In this document: positions 21,440 through 33,431 of the stretch, one piece after another | Numbering within the stretch: the stretch's first letter is position 1 | Layout: every line of letters begins with the position of its first letter | NCBI GenBank assembly: GCA_965215605.1 | Contig: OZ244070.1 | Span: forward strand, 2,304,001 to 2,368,000 | Source: an uncultured Candidatus Binatia bacterium | Lineage (GTDB): Bacteria > Desulfobacterota > Binatia > UBA9968 > JAJDTQ01 | Length of the DNA stretch: 64,000 bases | Direction: 5' to 3' | Notes under the pieces: model-generated | Databases searched by the model: none | Seen by the model: the letters and a program-made list of their open reading frames with translations, nothing else | Told to the model about the DNA's origin: nothing | Position numbers and translations under genes: made by a program

Positions 21440-22127
21440 TTCTCGGGAACCCGCGTTGTCAGCAACGCATCCGTTTCTTCCCGCGTTATTTCCGAACACG
21501 GATCGGTCAGGCAGGACTGAAGGACCCGTGCCCATGGTAGGCAGCGGCAGAGAGTCCATGGCTGTCTCGCTCGATCAAGCACGTCTGGGAAGGGCCCTTG
21601 TCGAGCTTGGGTTGCAACTTGTCGTTGAGCCAACTGATACGGCGTTGCTTCATACGAATCTCAGAGCGAGCTTGTTCCCAGCCGTCGTCGATAGAGCTTG
21701 CTTCGAAGACGAGAACCGAGAATATGAACGGCTTGAGAACAGACTGAGGATAGCGTTCGAGGCCGAGCCTCTCGAAGACGGCATCGATCATTCGGCGGAG
21801 CAGATTATCGATGATGCGTTGCAGGCGGTACATGGGCGGAGTATCTTGGTTTGGCTCGGCGCCTTGTCGGTGGATGTCGAGCGCCCGAGCCTGGCGGCGT
21901 CGACTCTACGTTGCTTGGGTCGCCGGCGGCTGGGGACAACCCCGTGGCGCGTCGAGATCGTGCGGTCCGCGCTGACTGCGGACGACGTGGAGATGAGAGA
22001 TGCTGCGGTACAGGCAGCGGAGTCGTGGGGGGATCTGGGAATGCGAGAGGTGCTCTCGAGCCATACGGAGGCGGTACCTTGGCTTCGCGCCTATATCGAG
22101 GACGTGGTCGAGGACCTTGGAGAGTAG
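21426..22127 (+). CDS. Hypothetical protein with C-terminal HEAT-like helical repeat
   Basis: ALTADDVEMRDAAVQAAESWG; overlaps the upstream gene by 14 bp. Confidence 0.6.
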   Translation: MMLVDSREPALSATHPFLPALFPNTDRSGRTEGPVPMVGSGRESMAVSLDQARLGRALVELGLQLVVEPTDTALLHTNLRASLFPAVVDRACFEDENREYERLENRLRIAFEAEPLEDGIDHSAEQIIDDALQAVHGRSILVWLGALSVDVERPSLAASTLRCLGRRRLGTTPWRVEIVRSALTADDVEMRDAAVQAAESWGDLGMREVLSSHTEAVPWLRAYIEDVVEDLGE

Positions 22128-22136
22128 ACATCGGTA

Positions 22137-22646
22137 ATGTTCCTGGCCCGAAAAATCGCTCGCGCCAAATGGGATGCGAAACGGAATATCGAGCGAGGGT
22201 TGGAAGAAGGAGAAATATCGGCTGACGCGGTGACCGGGGACCTGCGAACGCAAGAGGACACGCTATCCTTCTGGCGATGCTACACGGGAGCGAACGACGA
22301 CATAGAAGATGCTGCGTTGGCGATCGCTGCGGCCGGCGAACGTCTCGACAAACTCGATATCGTGTGGCTTGCCGATAACGAGTTGCAAGCGGACGGCCAT
22401 ACTCTGAAGGATACTAGGGGGCGAACGCCAGTCGCAGATCTCTCGGAGAAGCATGTCGACATCTGTAAGCTCGACTATGTCCGGCTAGGCAAGGTAGCTC
22501 AACGCGTGGCGGCGGCAATTGGGGAACAGCAGTTCCGCCGGCTTACGAAGGCGCGCGTAAGGGGGCTTCTGGTCGCGGCGGTACAACAGGGGCGTATCGT
22601 TCCGGACGATCTTGCCGACGATCTTCGAGCCGAGATCGGGCGATGA
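22137..22646 (+). CDS. Hypothetical protein, possibly ADP-ribosyltransferase-like toxin
   Basis: 169-aa ORF with GGAG RBS; LARKI, TLSFW and KHVDI motifs; fold assignment is inference. Confidence 0.55.
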   Translation: MFLARKIARAKWDAKRNIERGLEEGEISADAVTGDLRTQEDTLSFWRCYTGANDDIEDAALAIAAAGERLDKLDIVWLADNELQADGHTLKDTRGRTPVADLSEKHVDICKLDYVRLGKVAQRVAAAIGEQQFRRLTKARVRGLLVAAVQQGRIVPDDLADDLRAEIGR

Positions 22647-22694
22647 AGCTCCGGCCGGGAATACAGGGCTAGCGCGGGCGTATGGGAGAAGGCC

Positions 22695-23039
22695 ATGGCC
22701 AAGCTGAAATTCTATTACAAGAACACGTGAACGACGTGCCGCAAAGCAAGAAGTTTCTTGCAATCACAAGGCGCGGAGCTGGATGAGAGGGAGTACGGCA
22801 AGCAGCCGTTGACCGAGAAAGAGCTCGATTCCATCATCGGCGCCGGTCCGGTGAAGGATTTTCTCAACACGCGGACCTCGCTCTACCGCGAGCGGAAGAT
22901 GAAGGATAATCCTCCTACCCGGGAGGAAGCGATTCAGTTGATGCTCACCGACCAGAACCTCTTGCGGCGCCCGGTCACGGTCAAGGGCAACCACAAGGTC
23001 GCCGGTTTCGACGCGTCCGCGCTCAAGGCCCTGCTCTGA
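22695..23039 (+). CDS. ArsC/Spx-family thioredoxin-fold protein, probable selenoprotein (in-frame TGA at 22728-22730)
   Basis: GGAGAAGG RBS, then MAKLKFYYKNT-U-TTCRKARSFL...NLLRRPV...VAGF; U aligns with the first Cys of CxxC. Confidence 0.82.
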
Positions 23040-23043
23040 CCAC

Positions 23044-23382
23044 ATGTCCGAGATCAGCTTCGACGATTTCCTGAAGGTTGACGTCCGTGTCGGCACCATC
23101 ACCCGGGTCGAACCCTTCCCCGAGGTGCGCAAACCGGCGTACAAGCTATTCGTGGATTTCGGCCCCGAGATCGGCGAGCGCAAGAGTTCCGCCCAGGTCA
23201 CCCATCACTACGCGGCGAAAGAACTGGTGGGCCAGCAGGTCGCCGCCGTGGTCAATTTCCCGCCCAAGCAGATCGGCCCGTTCCGCTCCGAGATCCTCGT
23301 GTTGGGCTTCCCCGACGCCGACGGCGAGGTGGTGATGATCGGGCCCAACCGCCCGGTGCCCGACGGCGGCAGGCTGTTCTAA
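23044..23382 (+). CDS. csaA: CsaA-type tRNA-binding protein/chaperone
   Basis: DFLKVDVRVGTI, KSSAQVT, VVNFPPKQIG, SEILVLG. Confidence 0.9.
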   Translation: MSEISFDDFLKVDVRVGTITRVEPFPEVRKPAYKLFVDFGPEIGERKSSAQVTHHYAAKELVGQQVAAVVNFPPKQIGPFRSEILVLGFPDADGEVVMIGPNRPVPDGGRLF

Positions 23383-23420
23383 AAAAAACCGCCCGCCCCG
23401 GATACGGGGCAGGCGGCTTT
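23381..23420 (-). terminator. Intrinsic terminator, probably bidirectional, between csaA and thiC
   Basis: GC stem CCGCCCGCCCCG/CGGGGCAGGCGG flanked by A8 and TTT. Confidence 0.75.
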
Positions 23421-23460
23421 CGTGCAGAAAATGACATGACGCCTCAGGCGCTCCGCTTCC

Positions 23461-25464
<2,004 letters not shown>

Positions 25465-25511
25465 TCAAGGTGGCGGCGGTACGCTCTTCCCCGCCGGGGC
25501 CCGGGACGGGG

Positions 25512-26066
25512 CTATTCCGAATCGTACTGGATGAGCGAGAACAGCTCTTGGTCGATCTTGTCGCGGGGGTTGAGGAAGGCGAGCTCGATGATGCAGGCGT
25601 GCTCGAAGATCGTGGCGCCGAGCTGTTCGACCAAGGCGGCGGCGGCTGTCGCCGTTCCCCCGGTGGCGACGAGGTCGTCCACCAGCAGTACCCGGGCGCC
25701 GGGGGCGAGGGCGTCGCTGTGCACTTCCAGGGTGTCGGAGCCGTACTCGAGCTCGTAGGTTGCCTGCAAGGTGTCGTAGGGGAGTTTTCCAGGCTTCCGG
25801 ATCACGCACAGGCCCTTGCCCAAGCGATAGGCAAGCGCCGCGCCGATGATGAACCCGCGGGATTCGACGCCCGCCACCGTGTCCACGGGAGCGTTCTCGT
25901 ATCGCTCGGCGAACAGGTCGATGGTCCTGCGGAACAGCGGTCCGTCACCGATCAGCGGCGTAATGTCCTTGAACACGATCCCGGGCTTGGGGAAGTCGTG
26001 AATGTCGCGAATGATGCCTCGAATCTCGGCGATGGTGTCGGTATGGGTGTCCCGGGCGCTGGTCAT
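25512..26066 (-). CDS. apt: Adenine phosphoribosyltransferase
   Basis: DFPKPGIVFKDIT, ESRGF, RKPGKLP, VDDLVATGGT. Confidence 0.96.
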   Translation of the reverse strand: MTSARDTHTDTIAEIRGIIRDIHDFPKPGIVFKDITPLIGDGPLFRRTIDLFAERYENAPVDTVAGVESRGFIIGAALAYRLGKGLCVIRKPGKLPYDTLQATYELEYGSDTLEVHSDALAPGARVLLVDDLVATGGTATAAAALVEQLGATIFEHACIIELAFLNPRDKIDQELFSLIQYDSE

Positions 26067-26086
26067 GGACGCTTCAGCTAACACAG

Positions 26087-27004
26087 TCAGGGCAAATAGG
26101 AAAGCGGGTCCCGGGCCACGTTGTTCCTGCGGATCTCGAAGTGAAGGTGCGGGGTGGTGACCCGTCCGGTGGCGCCCACCTCGGCGATGACCTGCCGCCG
26201 CGTCACCTTCTGCCCCTGCCGCACGAGGTTCTTGCGGTTGTGGGCGTAGACCGACGCATAGCCGCCCCGGTGGCGCACAATGATGAGGTTGCCGTAGCCG
26301 CGCAGCTCGTCGCTGTAGATCACCTGCCCCGGCAGCGTCGCGCGGACCGGGGTGCCGGAGGGCGCGGCGATGTCGATGCCGTCGTTGAGGCTGTCGTGCC
26401 GCGGGTCGAATCGTGCGGTGATCTTGCCCCGGACCGGCCAGGTGAACGGTTGCTGCCGCGAGCCCGGCCGCCGCGGCGCGGCGTGAGCCGTGCGGCGGGG
26501 AGACTTGGGGCTGGCGGCCCTGGCGGGAGAGTTCTTCACGGGAGCGGTCCTGGCAGGGGGACGCGTTCGGGGTGTGACCGCGGCGCGGGGCGCCTTTGCA
26601 GGTGCGGGCTTCACCGACGAGGGTTTTGGTGCGTCGCCGCGCGCGGCCCTTGCGGCGGGCGGGCTTTTCAAAGGCTCCTTGATGGGCGTGATGATCTCCA
26701 CGGGCAGCCGCCGGGTTGCGCCGGGAACGAACAGCCGGTGCCCGACCCGGAGGTCGCGCGCATCCGCGATGCGGTTGGCGCGAGCCAGCTTGACGTGGTG
26801 GATGCCGTACGCCTTGCCGATGCGGTAGAGGTTCTCGCCCTTCTTGACGACGTGGTGGATGCCGGTTTGCTGGGGAGCCTTCCGGGCAGGTTTCCTGGGA
26901 GCACGGCTGGTGCCGTCACGGTTGTCGACGTAAGTGCAACCGGCCAGGACAAGGAAGACGAGGATTTGGACCAGCCCGAGCGCGCGAGTGGCTATCCCGG
27001 CCAA
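26087..27004 (-). CDS. LysM/M23 peptidase lipoprotein (NlpD-like)
   Basis: Lipobox LAGC, LysM (VKKGENLYRIG), M23 (GIDI, YAHN, PHLHFEIR); TTG start after GGAGG; downstream of pcm. Confidence 0.88.
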   Translation of the reverse strand: MAGIATRALGLVQILVFLVLAGCTYVDNRDGTSRAPRKPARKAPQQTGIHHVVKKGENLYRIGKAYGIHHVKLARANRIADARDLRVGHRLFVPGATRRLPVEIITPIKEPLKSPPAARAARGDAPKPSSVKPAPAKAPRAAVTPRTRPPARTAPVKNSPARAASPKSPRRTAHAAPRRPGSRQQPFTWPVRGKITARFDPRHDSLNDGIDIAAPSGTPVRATLPGQVIYSDELRGYGNLIIVRHRGGYASVYAHNRKNLVRQGQKVTRRQVIAEVGATGRVTTPHLHFEIRRNNVARDPLSYLP

Positions 27005-27663
27005 CCGTACCTCCCCAGAAGCTTCACGAACCGACACCCGCCGAGGTCCGTCTCTTCGAGGCCGGTGGGAGTCCGGACCGTGAGTTTGAGGGTCTGGGAC
27101 TGGTGGTCGCCGATGGGGACGATGAGCCTGCCGCCGGCCGCGAGTTGTTGGGCCAGCGGCGCCGGCACCTTCGGCGCTCCCGCGGCCACGACGATGGCAT
27201 CGTAGGGCGCGTGTTCCGACCATCCCAGGGTCCCGTCCCCCATGTGGATCGCCACGTTGTAGTAGCGCAACTCGTCCAGGCGAGTCCGCGCCTGCACCGC
27301 CAGTTCGCGGAGCTTCTCCACCGAGAAGACGTTCGTGCATAGTTCCGCGAGCAGTGCGGTCTGGTAGGCGGACCCCGTGCCGACCTCCAGCACGCGCTCA
27401 CCGCCCGTGAGCTTGAGGGCCTGCAACATGTAACCGACGATGTAGGGCTGGGAGATCGTCTGTTTCCCGCCGATGGGAAGCGGGTCGTCGTCGTAGGCGC
27501 GGTTCACCAGCGCCGGTTCCACGAAGATATGGCGCGGTACCTTGCGCATGGCCCGGATCACTCTCGGGTCGTGGACGCCGCGGTCGAGCAACTGGGTGCG
27601 GACCATCCGCTCCCTGGCGCCCTCGAACCCTGTGACGTTGTGGTTGTTGGAACTCCCGGCCAT
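26992..27663 (-). CDS. pcm: Protein-L-isoaspartate O-methyltransferase
   Basis: VPRHIFV, QTISQP, VLEVGTGSAYQ, GDGTLGW. Confidence 0.95.
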   Translation of the reverse strand: MAGSSNNHNVTGFEGARERMVRTQLLDRGVHDPRVIRAMRKVPRHIFVEPALVNRAYDDDPLPIGGKQTISQPYIVGYMLQALKLTGGERVLEVGTGSAYQTALLAELCTNVFSVEKLRELAVQARTRLDELRYYNVAIHMGDGTLGWSEHAPYDAIVVAAGAPKVPAPLAQQLAAGGRLIVPIGDHQSQTLKLTVRTPTGLEETDLGGCRFVKLLGRYGWPG

Positions 27664-27716
27664 TCGATCCGAGGTGACGGCCGCCGGTGACAGGCTGCCA
27701 AGGGTGTTGGTAAGAA

Positions 27717-27793
27717 TGGTCGGGGCGACTGGATTTGAACCAGCGACCACACGCACCCCAAGCGTGTGCGCTACCAGGCTGCGCTACGCCCCG
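27717..27793 (-). tRNA. tRNA-Pro(GGG)
   Basis: CGGGGCG acceptor stem, CACGC-TTGGGGT-GCGTG anticodon arm, GGTTCAAATCC T arm, CCA end. Confidence 0.96.
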
Positions 27794-27890
27794 ACACTCA
27801 CTGCAAACTCTTAACACCCAACCGGCAGCGGGTCAATTCTAGCGTCGTGTCAGGTGTGGTTGGGGCGGCGCGGCAGAGTAGGCGCGGCTG

Positions 27891-28232
27891 TCAGGAGATC
27901 AGGTCCCGGAGCGAGATCAGGTCGTTCTTTATCCTGAGGAGGACTTCCTTTTGCTCTCCGGCGGGCTTTGTCGCTTCAGCGGCCGCATCCTGCTGCTTGA
28001 GCTTATTGCGGGCGCCTTCGATGGTGTACCCCTCGGTGTACAGCAGCCGTTTGATCTCCAGGAGCAATTCGATGTCCTCGCGCCGGTAGAGGCGGTGGCG
28101 GGACGGGGCCTTGTTGGGTGTAAGGATGTCGAATTCGGTTTCCCAGTAGCGCAGCACGTAGGGTTGCACGTCCAGAAGGGCGCTGACTTCGCCGATCTTG
28201 AAGTACAGCTTGTCGGGGATGACCACTACCAT
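27891..28232 (-). CDS. MerR-family transcriptional regulator
   Basis: [24 protein letters not shown]; typical position after ihfA. Confidence 0.9.
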   Translation of the reverse strand: MVVVIPDKLYFKIGEVSALLDVQPYVLRYWETEFDILTPNKAPSRHRLYRREDIELLLEIKRLLYTEGYTIEGARNKLKQQDAAAEATKPAGEQKEVLLRIKNDLISLRDLIS

Positions 28233-28246
28233 GCCTCCGCATGGTA

Positions 28247-28564
28247 TCACGAAATGGCGAGTTTGTCGGAGTCCTCGATCTCGGCGGGGTCGGTGTTCAT
28301 GTGCTTCTTCAGGGTCTGGCTGGGCTTGAAGGTCAGCACCTTGCGGCCCGCGATGGTGATCTCTTCGCCGGTCTGGGGGTTCCGGCCCTTGCGGGGCTGC
28401 TTGCCGTGGATGACGAAGTTCCCGAATCCCGAGATCTTGACCTTGTCGCCCGTCTCCAGTCGAGACTTGATGATCTCGAAGGTAGCCTCGACGACATCGG
28501 TGGCCTCCTTCTTGGAGAAGCCCACCCTCTCGTAGATCCGATTGATGATATCGGCCTTGGTCAT
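28247..28564 (-). CDS. ihfA: Integration host factor alpha
   Basis: [29 protein letters not shown]; follows pheT. Confidence 0.93.
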   Translation of the reverse strand: MTKADIINRIYERVGFSKKEATDVVEATFEIIKSRLETGDKVKISGFGNFVIHGKQPRKGRNPQTGEEITIAGRKVLTFKPSQTLKKHMNTDPAEIEDSDKLAIS

Positions 28565-28602
28565 GGTTGCCCTCCTCCGGGGCGCCTGCCGGCCAAGCTC
28601 CG

Positions 28603-31017
28603 CTATCGGAGCGTGGCGTCGAACGCCGCACAAAGCCGGCGGGTCAGGTCCTCATGCACGGAGTTGACCTCGTGATCGGTGAGGGTCCTCTCCGGCGATC
28701 TGTAAAAGACCTTGTACGCCAGACTCTTCTTTCCTTCCGTGATGGGAGCGCCGGTGTATTCGTCGAAGATATCCACTCGCTCGATGAGAGCCTGATCCAG
28801 CCTCCTGACCCAATCCATCACTGTGTGACTCGGGAAGTCTGCCGTCACGACGATGGCGAGGTCTCGCTCCACCGAGGGAAAACGGGGAATGGGACGCACC
28901 CTGAAATCTGGCCGAGCATAGTGAACGATGGCATCGAAGTCAAGCTCGAACAGGAAGCACGGGGGCAGGTCCAATTCCTCACGAACTCGCGGACTTATCT
29001 CGCCAACGTGGCCGACCTTCCCGTTCCCGGCGGAGACCGTGGCGAAGCCGCCGGGGTGCAGGACCGAGGGGGGAGTCTCGGCCGTCCACCGGGAATCGGG
29101 CCAGCCGGCGCCCTCCAGGAGATCCTCCACGATCCCTTTCATGTCGGCGAAGGTGAAGTCACGGCTTTCCACCTTGAGGCCGCGCCGTGGCCGGCGGCCG
29201 CGGATCAGGCCGGCGACGTTCATCCGTTCGGTGAACCCGCCGCCGTCCGCGAGCGAGAAGACCTTGTTGAGCTCGAAGATCATCGAGCTCTGGTTTCTCC
29301 GCTCGGCGTGGTCGTGCAGGTTTTCGATCAGCCCGGGGAGCAGGCTGAGGCGCATCTCGTCGGTTTCCTGGCGCAACGGGTTGGCGATCCTGACGGCCTT
29401 GCCCTCGCCGGCCCAGAGCCCGGAAAAGGTCCGGTTCATCTCCGGGGAGCAGAAGGGGGGGGTCACCACCTCGCTCAACCCCGCGGTGACGAGCAGTGAA
29501 CGGGTCTTCCGCATCCAGCGCAACAGCGTGTCGCCCTGTCCGGCGCCCATCCGCACCGCCGGCAGCGTGGCCGGTATCTTGTCGTAACCATGGATCCGCG
29601 CCAGCTCCTCGACGATGTCCGCCTCCCGGGTGAGGTCGAACCGAAACGAGGGCGGGCATACGACGAGGTCCTGTTCGGATGAACGCTTCAACTCGATGCC
29701 CAGGGACCGGATGATGCCGCGGATACGGTCCGGCGCCAACTCCACTCCGAGGGCGCGCTTGACGCTGGCGTACCGCAGGGTAATGTCGGGCGGCTTGCGC
29801 GCGCCGGGGTAGATGTCGGCGAAACCCTCCGCCACCCGGGCCTCGCCCATCTCCTCCCACAGGGCCACGGCCCGATCCATGGCGTAGCGCGTCCCTTCCG
29901 GATCCACGCCCCGTTCGAACCGGTGGGAGGCCTCGGTGTGCATCCCCATGCGTTTGGCCGTGCGCCGGATGGTCAGGGGGTCGAAGTGGGCGCTCTCCAG
30001 CAGCACGGATTCGGTCTCGTCGGTCACCTCGGAGCCCGCCCCGCCCATGACGCCGGCGAGGGCCGCGGGGGTGTCGCCGTCGCAGATCAGCAGGTCGTCG
30101 GGATGGAGCGCCCGTTCCGATCCGTCCAGGGTGGTCAGCGCGCGCGACTCGCCGGCGGTGCGGACCACAATACGCCGGCTGGCGATACTCTGCGCGTCGA
30201 AGGCGTGGAGGGGCTGGCCGGTCTCCAGCATCACGTAGTTGGTGACGTCCACGATGTGGTTGATGGAGCGGATGCCGCAGGCCTCGAGCCGGAAGCGGAG
30301 CCACGGCGGCGCCGGCGCCGGCCGGAGTCCGTGGATGAGGCGGGCCGAGTAGCGCGGGCACAGGTCCGGGTCCATGATCTGCACCGCTACCGGGATCGTC
30401 GGCGGGTGCTCGCGGAGATGGGCGGGGATGACGGGCGTCCGGAGCCTTCCTCCGGTCAGCGCGGCGATTTCCCGCGCCAGCCCCAGGACGCTGAGGCAGT
30501 CGCCGCGGTTGGGCGTGACGCTCACCTCCAGCATCCAGTCGTTCAGGGTCAGGTAGTCGTTCAGGGATGCGCCGGCGGGAGCGCCGGCGGGCAGCTCCAT
30601 GATGCCGCGGTGATCGTCGGAGAGCCCCAACTCCCTCTCGGAGCAGAGCATGCCTTCCGAGGGGATTCCCCGGATGGGGCGGCGCTCGATGGCCTGTCCC
30701 GACGGCAGCACGGAGCCCACTCGCAGGAACGCCGTCTTCATGCCCGCCCGGACGTTGGGGGCGCCGCACACGATGCGCAACGGCTCGCCCTGGTCATGGA
30801 TCTCGCACACCGACAGCCGGTCGGCGTCCGGATGGGGCTGGACGTCCCGCACCTCCACGACCACCGCGCCGGCGTCGTCCGCCAGCGGCTGGACCGCTTC
30901 CACCTCGAGGCCGGCGTGGGTCAGGCGATCGGCCAGCTCCTCGGGGCCGAACGATCCTCCGCCGGCCGCGTCCGGCCGCTCCACCAGCTCCATCAGCCAA
31001 TTGAAAGTCAACTTCAT
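28603..31017 (-). CDS. pheT: Phenylalanine-tRNA ligase beta subunit
   Basis: [40 protein letters not shown]. Confidence 0.97.
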   Translation of the reverse strand: MKLTFNWLMELVERPDAAGGGSFGPEELADRLTHAGLEVEAVQPLADDAGAVVVEVRDVQPHPDADRLSVCEIHDQGEPLRIVCGAPNVRAGMKTAFLRVGSVLPSGQAIERRPIRGIPSEGMLCSERELGLSDDHRGIMELPAGAPAGASLNDYLTLNDWMLEVSVTPNRGDCLSVLGLAREIAALTGGRLRTPVIPAHLREHPPTIPVAVQIMDPDLCPRYSARLIHGLRPAPAPPWLRFRLEACGIRSINHIVDVTNYVMLETGQPLHAFDAQSIASRRIVVRTAGESRALTTLDGSERALHPDDLLICDGDTPAALAGVMGGAGSEVTDETESVLLESAHFDPLTIRRTAKRMGMHTEASHRFERGVDPEGTRYAMDRAVALWEEMGEARVAEGFADIYPGARKPPDITLRYASVKRALGVELAPDRIRGIIRSLGIELKRSSEQDLVVCPPSFRFDLTREADIVEELARIHGYDKIPATLPAVRMGAGQGDTLLRWMRKTRSLLVTAGLSEVVTPPFCSPEMNRTFSGLWAGEGKAVRIANPLRQETDEMRLSLLPGLIENLHDHAERRNQSSMIFELNKVFSLADGGGFTERMNVAGLIRGRRPRRGLKVESRDFTFADMKGIVEDLLEGAGWPDSRWTAETPPSVLHPGGFATVSAGNGKVGHVGEISPRVREELDLPPCFLFELDFDAIVHYARPDFRVRPIPRFPSVERDLAIVVTADFPSHTVMDWVRRLDQALIERVDIFDEYTGAPITEGKKSLAYKVFYRSPERTLTDHEVNSVHEDLTRRLCAAFDATLR

Positions 31018-31110
31018 GATCGATTCGTAAACCGGGTGCGGGCAGTCCGCGCCGCGTTACCACCCGTTGTGGGGGCGGGTTTCAAACCGCGCTGAGTTCG
31101 ATTCAGGCTC

Positions 31111-32148
31111 CTACGGCGGAAACTGACTCAGGAAGCGGATGTCGTTCTGGAAGAACAGCCGGATGTCGTCCATGCCGTATTTCAGCATGGCGATGCGCTC
31201 CACGCCCATGCCGAACGCAAAACCGGAGAAGGCCTCGGCATCGTAGCCGACGAAGCCGAACACGTTGGGGTCGATCATTCCCGACCCGAGGATCTCGAGC
31301 CACCCGGACCCGCGGCACACCCGGCAATTGCCCGTGTCACGGGCGCCGCGGCAAAGGATGCAGCCGATGTCCACCTCGGCGCTGGGTTCGGTGAACGGGA
31401 AGAAGCTCGGGCGGAAGCGCACGCGCACGTCGTCCTGAAAGATCTGTTCGAGGAAATGGGTCAGCACCCCTTTCAGGTCCCCGAACGTGATGTCGTGGTC
31501 CACCATGAAGCCCTCCACCTGGTGGAACACGGGCGAGTGGGTGGCGTCGTCGTCGTGGCGGTAGACGGCGCCGGGCGCGATGATCTGCAAGGGCGGCCGG
31601 CGCTGCTCCATGACCCGGATTTGCACCGGCGAGGTGTGGGTGCGGAGCACGTGGCTATCCGACACGAAGAAGGTGTCCTGCATGTCGCGGGCCGGATGAT
31701 CCTTGGGAATGTTGAGCGCCTCGAAGTTGTGGTAGTCGTCCTCCACATCCGGCCCCCGGGCGATCTCGAATCCCATGCCGGTGAAGACGTCGATGATCTC
31801 GTCGGTGACCCGGGTGAGGGGATGGACGCGGCCCCGCTCCACGCGGTTTCCGGGCAGGGTGACGTCGAGGCGGGGAACCCCGTCCGGCAGGTCTTCCGGT
31901 CCGGCCCGGAGCTCCTTGAGGCGTGCTTCGAGAAGCTCCTCGAGCGCCGCCCGCCGCCGGTTCAACTCCTGTCCGGCCCGCGGCCGCTCCTCGGCCGGCA
32001 GCTCACGGAGGCCGCGCAACAGCGCCGTGAGCCTGCCGCCCTTGCGCCCGAGGTAGTCGATGCGGATCTGCTCCAACTCCTGTTCCGAGGCGCACTGACC
32101 GAGGCGCCCGGCGACTTCCTCATGGAGTTTCTCGAGGGTCTCGATCAT
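31111..32148 (-). CDS. pheS: Phenylalanine-tRNA ligase alpha subunit
   Basis: HPARDMQDTF, LRTHTSPVQ, FPFTEPS, GFAFGMGVER. Confidence 0.97.
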   Translation of the reverse strand: MIETLEKLHEEVAGRLGQCASEQELEQIRIDYLGRKGGRLTALLRGLRELPAEERPRAGQELNRRRAALEELLEARLKELRAGPEDLPDGVPRLDVTLPGNRVERGRVHPLTRVTDEIIDVFTGMGFEIARGPDVEDDYHNFEALNIPKDHPARDMQDTFFVSDSHVLRTHTSPVQIRVMEQRRPPLQIIAPGAVYRHDDDATHSPVFHQVEGFMVDHDITFGDLKGVLTHFLEQIFQDDVRVRFRPSFFPFTEPSAEVDIGCILCRGARDTGNCRVCRGSGWLEILGSGMIDPNVFGFVGYDAEAFSGFAFGMGVERIAMLKYGMDDIRLFFQNDIRFLSQFPP

Positions 32149-32166
32149 GGGGTCGGTGCGAATGGT

Positions 32167-32553
32167 CTATTCGGATTCGAGGGCAACCCCCGGGTCGGTG
32201 TCGAGGGCATGCTTGGCGCGCTGGACGAGCTGATCGAACACGGCCGCGTCGCGTGCCGCGAGATCGGCGAGGATCTTGCGGTCCAACTCCACGCCGGCTT
32301 TCTTCAAGCCGTGGATCAGGCGGCTGTAGGATAGCCCGTTGACCCGCGCGCCGGCGCTGATGCGGATGTTCCACAAGCCCCGGAACGTGCGTTTGCGCAC
32401 CCGCCGGTCGCGGTAGGCATAGACCAGTCCCCGCTCGACGGTCTCCCTGGCGACCCGGTACAGTCGGCGCCTCCCTCCGACGTACCCCTTGGCCAGCTTC
32501 ATGATCTTTCTTCGGCGTCGGCGGGAAGCCGGTCCGCCTTTGACTCTAGGCAT
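32167..32553 (-). CDS. rplT: 50S ribosomal protein L20
   Basis: MPRVK, YAYRDRR, LDRKILA. Confidence 0.97.
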   Translation of the reverse strand: MPRVKGGPASRRRRRKIMKLAKGYVGGRRRLYRVARETVERGLVYAYRDRRVRKRTFRGLWNIRISAGARVNGLSYSRLIHGLKKAGVELDRKILADLAARDAAVFDQLVQRAKHALDTDPGVALESE

Positions 32554-32652
32554 CGCGCGTGCTCCTTGAACAAATCTTGACCGCGGCGCCGCCGGGCAGG
32601 TCCCGCCCGGGCGCCTCGTTCGAACTCGTGATGATGTCGGTGAAAGTTCTGC

Positions 32653-32850
32653 CTACAGGTAAGGGATGAGACGCCGCACGTTCTTCGTTTCGTAGCTCGA
32701 TACCGACTCGGCTTGTCTCAGGCGGCGTTTCCGCTTGCGGCTCTTGGTGGACAGAATATGGCTCGTGAAGCCGCGCCGCCTCATGACCTTGCCGCTCTTG
32801 CTGACCTTGAACCGCTTGGCCGCCCCCCTCTTGGTCTTTATCTTGGGCAT
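32653..32850 (-). CDS. rpmI: 50S ribosomal protein L35
   Basis: MPKIKTKRGAAKRFK. Confidence 0.97.
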   Translation of the reverse strand: MPKIKTKRGAAKRFKVSKSGKVMRRRGFTSHILSTKSRKRKRRLRQAESVSSYETKNVRRLIPYL

Positions 32851-32884
32851 CCTTGTTTTCCTTGTCCCTCTCGTGATTCGTGTA

Positions 32885-33397
32885 TCAGGCGTTGGCTTTC
32901 GGCGTCAGAAGCATGGCCATGCTCCGTCCTTCCAGCTTCGGCGACACGTCCAGTTTGGCCAGATCCTGCACCACTTCAAAGACTCCGTTCAGCATGGCCC
33001 TGCCGAGTTCAGGGTGCGTTATCTCGCGTCCCCGGAAGAACACCGACACCTTGACCCGCTGTCCCCGTTCGAGGAAGCGCCGGATGTTCCGGACCTTGAA
33101 CTCCAGGTCGTGCGTGTTGGTCCGAGCCCCCATCTTGACCTCTTTGACCGCGACGAAGGTGGCGTTGCGTTTCGCCTCCTGCGTCTTCTTCTTTTGCAGG
33201 TAGCGGAACTTGCCGTAGTCCAGCAAGCGGCAAACCGGGGGCTGTGCGTCAGGGGCTACTTCCACCAGATCGAGCTCTTTTTGCTCCGCGATGCTCAGAG
33301 CTTCATGCAACGGCATGACTCCAAGCTGGTCCTCCGCGTCGATTACGCGAACCTCGCGCGCTCGGATCTGCTGGTTGATTCGTGTGGGCCGCGCTAT
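32885..33397 (-). CDS. infC: Translation initiation factor IF-3 (non-canonical ATA start)
   Basis: AGGAGG RBS then ATA-GCG-CGG (ARPTRINQQIRAREVRVID); DLVEVAP, DYGKF, FRGRE. Confidence 0.93.
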   Translation of the reverse strand: MARPTRINQQIRAREVRVIDAEDQLGVMPLHEALSIAEQKELDLVEVAPDAQPPVCRLLDYGKFRYLQKKKTQEAKRNATFVAVKEVKMGARTNTHDLEFKVRNIRRFLERGQRVKVSVFFRGREITHPELGRAMLNGVFEVVQDLAKLDVSPKLEGRSMAMLLTPKANA

Positions 33398-33431
33398 AAA
33401 GCACCTCCTGCGAAGATCTGCGTCCCCGGTT

